64,000 nt of DNA from assembly GCA_021851895.1 (NCBI GenBank), contig JAJZQJ010000005.1, forward strand, positions 14,572-78,571. Direction: 5' to 3'. The notes under the pieces are model-generated. The model was not told the DNA's origin and made no database searches. It saw only the letters and a list, made by a program, of their open reading frames with translations. Source of the DNA: a bacterium. GTDB lineage: Bacteria > Patescibacteriota > Minisyncoccia > Phycocordibacterales > UBA6899. Position 1 is the first letter of the stretch, and each line of letters opens with the position of its first letter. A program made the position numbers and the translations under genes. Shown one piece after another: positions 59,906-64,000 of this stretch.

Positions 59906-61087
59906 TTAAAGATTCGAGACGCGTTCCCCGAATTTAAGACTGTATTTCTTGTTTTGGGACTGTTTCTTGAGCAATTTATCCATCGCCCACGTCAGCGTGA
60001 ACAATATAAGGAAATATATCGCTCCCGAGCGGCTGATTGAGGGCAACTTATTCGCAGAAAGGTAACCAAGAACACCTGAGATCACACCAATACTCGTGAT
60101 CGTCTGCAGTGACTTGAGATTATTGCTCGTACTCTGACTCTTGATCTCAACGAGGTTGCCGATCGCTGAAGACAGGTAGTCCTTGGTCATCTTCCAGATC
60201 TCTTTGATATACGCGAGCGTATCCGTAAGTGTCTCAAACTTGTACTCAAAGAGAGAAACGAGGTCTTTCTCTATATCGAGGTGTTTTGCGATCGACGACC
60301 GTGTATTCACATATGAACCCATCTGATTGATACGATTCTCGATGAGGCTAATGGTCTTCTGATACCCATCAAGCCTCCCACGAATCCCCTCGACGTCCTT
60401 CCCTTTTACCGTCTGTGCCTCTTTGACCTCAGAGATCTCCTCCCAAATAGAGCGATGGATCGCGAGGTACTTTTCGAGTTGATCCTTGAACTCCCTGAAG
60501 AAGATCTGCGTTTCGATCAGATTGGTCATTGACTCGTTCTTTTTACCTCCCACGCTAACGAAGATATATTTCGGAGTCTTGAAGACAGTGATACTACTGC
60601 TCGAGAACTTTGCATACACTTTACCGAATATGGACTCGTCAGGCGCAAACTGCTTTATTTTATTCTCATAAGTACTTACCACAATAGGATGGATGGTCTT
60701 GATGTTTGCCAACACCTTCGGAGTCGGAGCGCCCAAAGAGAAAATATAAGATATTGCTGGATTGAACTTCAGATCGAGATAATCTTTGAGCTCATGTTCT
60801 GTTTCCGCGATATCATCTGTACTTTTCTCCAAAATATAGAGCCCATCCTCATAGTAACGGATCTCGATACCCGTAGATGTTATCGCCTTTACGTATTCAA
60901 GAGAGCTCGATTCCCTCGTCACCTGTACGAGATCGAGATCGGTTTGCAACCGCTTCAACTCATCTTTCGACAGTTCAAGGTGCGAATATCCGTTTGCGAA
61001 AAGATTATAGACCTCGCTCATGTGCAACGTCGTACGCTGGTACCACCCCCCATAAGTGATTGTGTATTTATTTTCTGGAATTGACAT
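59906..61087 (-). CDS. Hypothetical protein with helical/coiled region and two C-terminal TMs (CorA-like layout)
   Basis: Long clean ORF; no GMN motif seen. Confidence 0.65.
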   Translation of the reverse strand: MSIPENKYTITYGGWYQRTTLHMSEVYNLFANGYSHLELSKDELKRLQTDLDLVQVTRESSSLEYVKAITSTGIEIRYYEDGLYILEKSTDDIAETEHELKDYLDLKFNPAISYIFSLGAPTPKVLANIKTIHPIVVSTYENKIKQFAPDESIFGKVYAKFSSSSITVFKTPKYIFVSVGGKKNESMTNLIETQIFFREFKDQLEKYLAIHRSIWEEISEVKEAQTVKGKDVEGIRGRLDGYQKTISLIENRINQMGSYVNTRSSIAKHLDIEKDLVSLFEYKFETLTDTLAYIKEIWKMTKDYLSSAIGNLVEIKSQSTSNNLKSLQTITSIGVISGVLGYLSANKLPSISRSGAIYFLILFTLTWAMDKLLKKQSQNKKYSLKFGERVSNL

Positions 61088-61214
61088 TTAAATCAATTAT
61101 ATGACAGAAAGAACTAAATGCAATTTTTTTTCATTTACATCTGAGTACCAAAAAATCAGAAATGAAGAATGTCATTCTGCCTAAGGTGCTCCATAAGAGC
61201 GAGTGCTTCTCATC

Positions 61215-61460
61215 TCAAGCTCTATTCGCCCTTCTTCTCTCGCTGATGATGGCATAGGCGTAAAGATCCTCTACCTTTTGACGCGCCCAAGGGGTCCTCC
61301 GAAGAAAAGTAAGGCTTGATTTGACGCTCGGATCATTCGCGAAACAGTTGATACGAATACGTTTTGCGAGCTCTTCCCACCCATAGCGTGCCACCAAAAA
61401 CTCCAGGACATCCTGGAGTGTGACACCTTGAAATATGTCGTTTTGGTTTTTTCTGCTCAT
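61215..61460 (-). CDS. VF530/DUF2132 family small DNA-binding protein
   Basis: YGWEEL, INCF..DPSVKSSLTFLRRTPWARQKVE. Confidence 0.88.
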   Translation of the reverse strand: MSRKNQNDIFQGVTLQDVLEFLVARYGWEELAKRIRINCFANDPSVKSSLTFLRRTPWARQKVEDLYAYAIISERRRANRA

Positions 61461-61463
61461 AGA

Positions 61464-62450
61464 TCAATCCCCATCATCATCAGCACTCCCAAGGTTTCCC
61501 GAAAGAGCACGATCGCGAACGGTTTCGGCGATACGGCCGAAATCGCCCGCAAGAATGGACTCGATTCCATGCCATGATTCCTTAATGCGATGATCAGTGA
61601 CACGATCCTGGAGAACATTATACGTACGGATCTTTTCCGAACGATCTCCAGTACCTACCGCGGAGCGAATCTCTGCATTCTTCGCAGCATTCTTCTCCTC
61701 TTCGAGCTGCTCCACCTTCGCAGCGAGAATCGTGAATGCCTTCTCGCGATTCTTGAGCTGTGAGCGCTCCACTGCACAGTGGACATGTATACCCGTCGGC
61801 TTATGGAAGAGGTGCACTGCAGTCTCAACCTTATTCACATTCTGACCTCCTGCACCGCCCGCACGTGCGAACTGCATCTCGACGTCAGCGGGATTGATGA
61901 CGACCTTCGCCTTTTTGCGAATAGGCAAGACGAGCACAGAAGCCGTTGAAGTATGCACCCTACCCTGCTTCTCTGTTGCTGGTATGCGCTGCACACGATG
62001 CACACCCGTCTCGTAACGAAGGAGATCGAATGCATCACTTCCCGTGATCTCAAAGCTTGCCTCCTTATATCCGCCCATCTCTGCCCTACTCTCATCGACG
62101 ACCTCAAAACGCCATCCGCGCTGTTTTGCAAATGCTTGATACATGAGTGCGAGATCCTCCGCGAAGATCGCAGCCTCTTCGCCGCCAACGCCTGCACGAA
62201 CCTCAAGCACAAGCTCTCGAGGCTTTTCTTCTTCTGCTTCTGCGTCCTTTTGTATCTTTACAAGCCTCTCATAGAGCTCAGACATCGCAGCATCGAGCGC
62301 ACTCGCATCCTCTCGGGCCATATCAGCCATCTCGGGATCAGAAAGCAACGCATCGAGTTCGGTGCGCTCCTTCTGCATGCGCTCAAAGTCCTCTGCGAGA
62401 TACTTCGTGCGGTAATCGTCTTTGAATGGGGTGAGGTCGTAGTCTTGCAT
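61464..62450 (-). CDS. prfA: Peptide chain release factor 1
   Basis: [10 protein letters not shown] (PxT), [18 protein letters not shown]. Confidence 0.95.
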   Translation of the reverse strand: MQDYDLTPFKDDYRTKYLAEDFERMQKERTELDALLSDPEMADMAREDASALDAAMSELYERLVKIQKDAEAEEEKPRELVLEVRAGVGGEEAAIFAEDLALMYQAFAKQRGWRFEVVDESRAEMGGYKEASFEITGSDAFDLLRYETGVHRVQRIPATEKQGRVHTSTASVLVLPIRKKAKVVINPADVEMQFARAGGAGGQNVNKVETAVHLFHKPTGIHVHCAVERSQLKNREKAFTILAAKVEQLEEEKNAAKNAEIRSAVGTGDRSEKIRTYNVLQDRVTDHRIKESWHGIESILAGDFGRIAETVRDRALSGNLGSADDDGD

Positions 62451-62452
62451 AG

Positions 62453-62610
62453 TGAGAAGTGAGAAGTGAGAAGTGAGAAGTGAGAAGTAAGCCCACACCG
62501 CACTTATCACTTTATTCTGTCACAATTGAGTGAAAAATAAAAAGGAACAGAAAATAAGTTCCGGGTATTGGGTATTTCCCTATTCCCTATTCCCTATTCC
62601 CTATTCCCTT
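62453..62610. repeat. Heptamer arrays (TGAGAAG)x5 and (TTCCCTA)x5 between prfA and rpmE
   Basis: 62453-62487 and 62576-62610. Confidence 0.9.
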
Positions 62611-62614
62611 CTTA

Positions 62615-62854
62615 TTACTTCTTTGCTGTCTTCTTTGCTGCAGTCTTTGCTGCGGTAGCGGCAACACGTGCCTTGAACTTCTCCATGCGGCCTGCGGTGT
62701 CCATCACCTTCTCCTGGCCGGTGAAAAGTGGATGGCACTGCGAACAGATCTCAATGTTGAGCTCCTGTGAAGGAGAACCAACGGTGAACTCTGCACCACA
62801 AGCACAAGTTACCTTTGCCTGCTCGAAGTACTTTGGGTGGATATCCGTCTTCAT
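62615..62854 (-). CDS. rpmE: 50S ribosomal protein L31 (Zn-binding type)
   Basis: MKTDIHPKY, CACG, CSQCHPLFTG. Confidence 0.97.
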   Translation of the reverse strand: MKTDIHPKYFEQAKVTCACGAEFTVGSPSQELNIEICSQCHPLFTGQEKVMDTAGRMEKFKARVAATAAKTAAKKTAKK

Positions 62855-62985
62855 AGTGTGGCTACTTTAACATAATGCTCATAAAATAGCAAGAAGTGGC
62901 ATACCCAAAAGGAGTAGAAAGTATTGACATTTCAATAAAATATTGTATTATAATTACAGTTGCACTTTCGCAACATGGAGGTTCC

Positions 62986-63720
62986 ATGCGTCTCGTTCTG
63001 CTTCTGCTTTTCGTCGTGCCAACCCTGCTCCACGCGGATGACCACGACCTCAACATCACCACAAGTGGTGCCAAGACCAAGGTGACCACGATCGACGGCC
63101 CCGCGACCGAAGCGCAGTCCTCATCGAACTTCAGCATCTCCTACAAGGGCTTCTCCGCGAAATACGAGAAGACACTCTTCGAGCGGAACTACGCCGAGAT
63201 CGGCCTCGTACATGAGTACGGGTTCAGCATTTCGGGGTATTCCTACACCGAGCTGCGCACGAACGGCGTGCGCATCGGCTACAAGTACGATGATGGGCAG
63301 ACCCAATGGTCACCGTTCATCATCGCCTCCGTGCAGCGCGCGAGCAGCGAATACGTGAGCGGCATCCAGCCGCGCAATGACTTCGGCGGCACGATCGGTC
63401 TCGCGTTCTCGTTCACCCACGAGAACGTGCTCACCCTCTCCCTCTTCCGGGAGTTCGTGAAGAATCCCGTCTCGCTGACAACACTCGAATATACGTTCGA
63501 GAGCTCGCAAATCTACGGTGAGGCAAAAGTCGGCCTCGCCGTCGGAAACGCGGCCCGAAGTCAGCAGGACACGCGCCGATACGTCAACTGGAAGGGGTTG
63601 ATCGGATACCATCTGAACGACCACTTCTCCGCGTTCGCCTATTCGGAGTCGACCCGCTACCGAGACTTCCTGCTCCTCGAACAGGAACAAACGGGGATCG
63701 GCGTCAAAACGACCTTCTAA
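62986..63720 (+). CDS. Secreted beta-strand-rich protein, beta-barrel-like
   Basis: TTGACA promoter, GGAGG SD, signal peptide, amphipathic strands, terminal Phe. Confidence 0.6.
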   Translation: MRLVLLLLFVVPTLLHADDHDLNITTSGAKTKVTTIDGPATEAQSSSNFSISYKGFSAKYEKTLFERNYAEIGLVHEYGFSISGYSYTELRTNGVRIGYKYDDGQTQWSPFIIASVQRASSEYVSGIQPRNDFGGTIGLAFSFTHENVLTLSLFREFVKNPVSLTTLEYTFESSQIYGEAKVGLAVGNAARSQQDTRRYVNWKGLIGYHLNDHFSAFAYSESTRYRDFLLLEQEQTGIGVKTTF

Positions 63721-63778
63721 ATCCCCCGCCACAATAGTGGCGGGTTTTCATATAAAAAAACGACCATTGGTCGTTTTT

Positions 63779-64000
63779 TTATTCAAGTATTGCCTTGATG
63801 CGGCGAATACCACTCGACGAAGCTTCTTCCTTCGTGATCTTGAAATGCCCAAGGACTCCGGTGTGCTCCACGTGTGGACCGCCACAGAATTCTATAGAGA
63901 AACGCTCATCGCCCTTCCCTATTTCATACACGCGCACGATGTCGCCATATTTATCCCCAAAGAGACCACGTGCGCCACGCGCCTCTGCCTCTTCCTTCGG
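63779..64000 (-). CDS. alaS: 3' end of alanine--tRNA ligase (editing domain; partial)
   Basis: [14 protein letters not shown]...EFCGGPHV...SSGIRRIKA; stops without a C-Ala domain; an AlaX-type protein is not excluded. Confidence 0.85.
   Translation of the reverse strand, partial: PKEEAEARGARGLFGDKYGDIVRVYEIGKGDERFSIEFCGGPHVEHTGVLGHFKITKEEASSSGIRRIKAILE

Overview
A 64 kb chromosomal segment of a small-genome bacterium, most likely Patescibacteria/CPR (Parcubacteria-like). This is inferred from the short PheS/PheT, a truncated AlaRS end, pervasive leaderless genes and the lack of biosynthetic pathways. Housekeeping genes: prmC, rlmD-like, engB, hisS, sufBDC+SufT, gyrB, pheST, tRNA-Thr(UGU), tsf, rpsB, prfA, rpmE, 3' end of alaS. 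These are interleaved with a large cell-surface system at about 7.3-23 kb and 36.5-49.5 kb: cohesin, dockerin, FN3, WxL-like and DUF916-like proteins, a MacB-type ABC transporter, receiver domains, a pseudokinase and Dsb enzymes. The strongest unannotated signals are non-coding: (1) a dispersed covarying structured element in 4-5 intergenic copies; (2) a conserved structured 5' leader on two paralogous surface genes; (3) DnaA boxes plus a shared TACAACTGCAA motif upstream of the surface genes; (4) complementary heptamer arrays able to loop a four-helix-bundle gene out of the pheS-pheT mRNA; (5) a 26-aa basic micro-protein with its own promoter and terminator; (6) inverted and direct copies of the tRNA-Thr 3' end. 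All family assignments come from visual motif recognition; no database searches were run.
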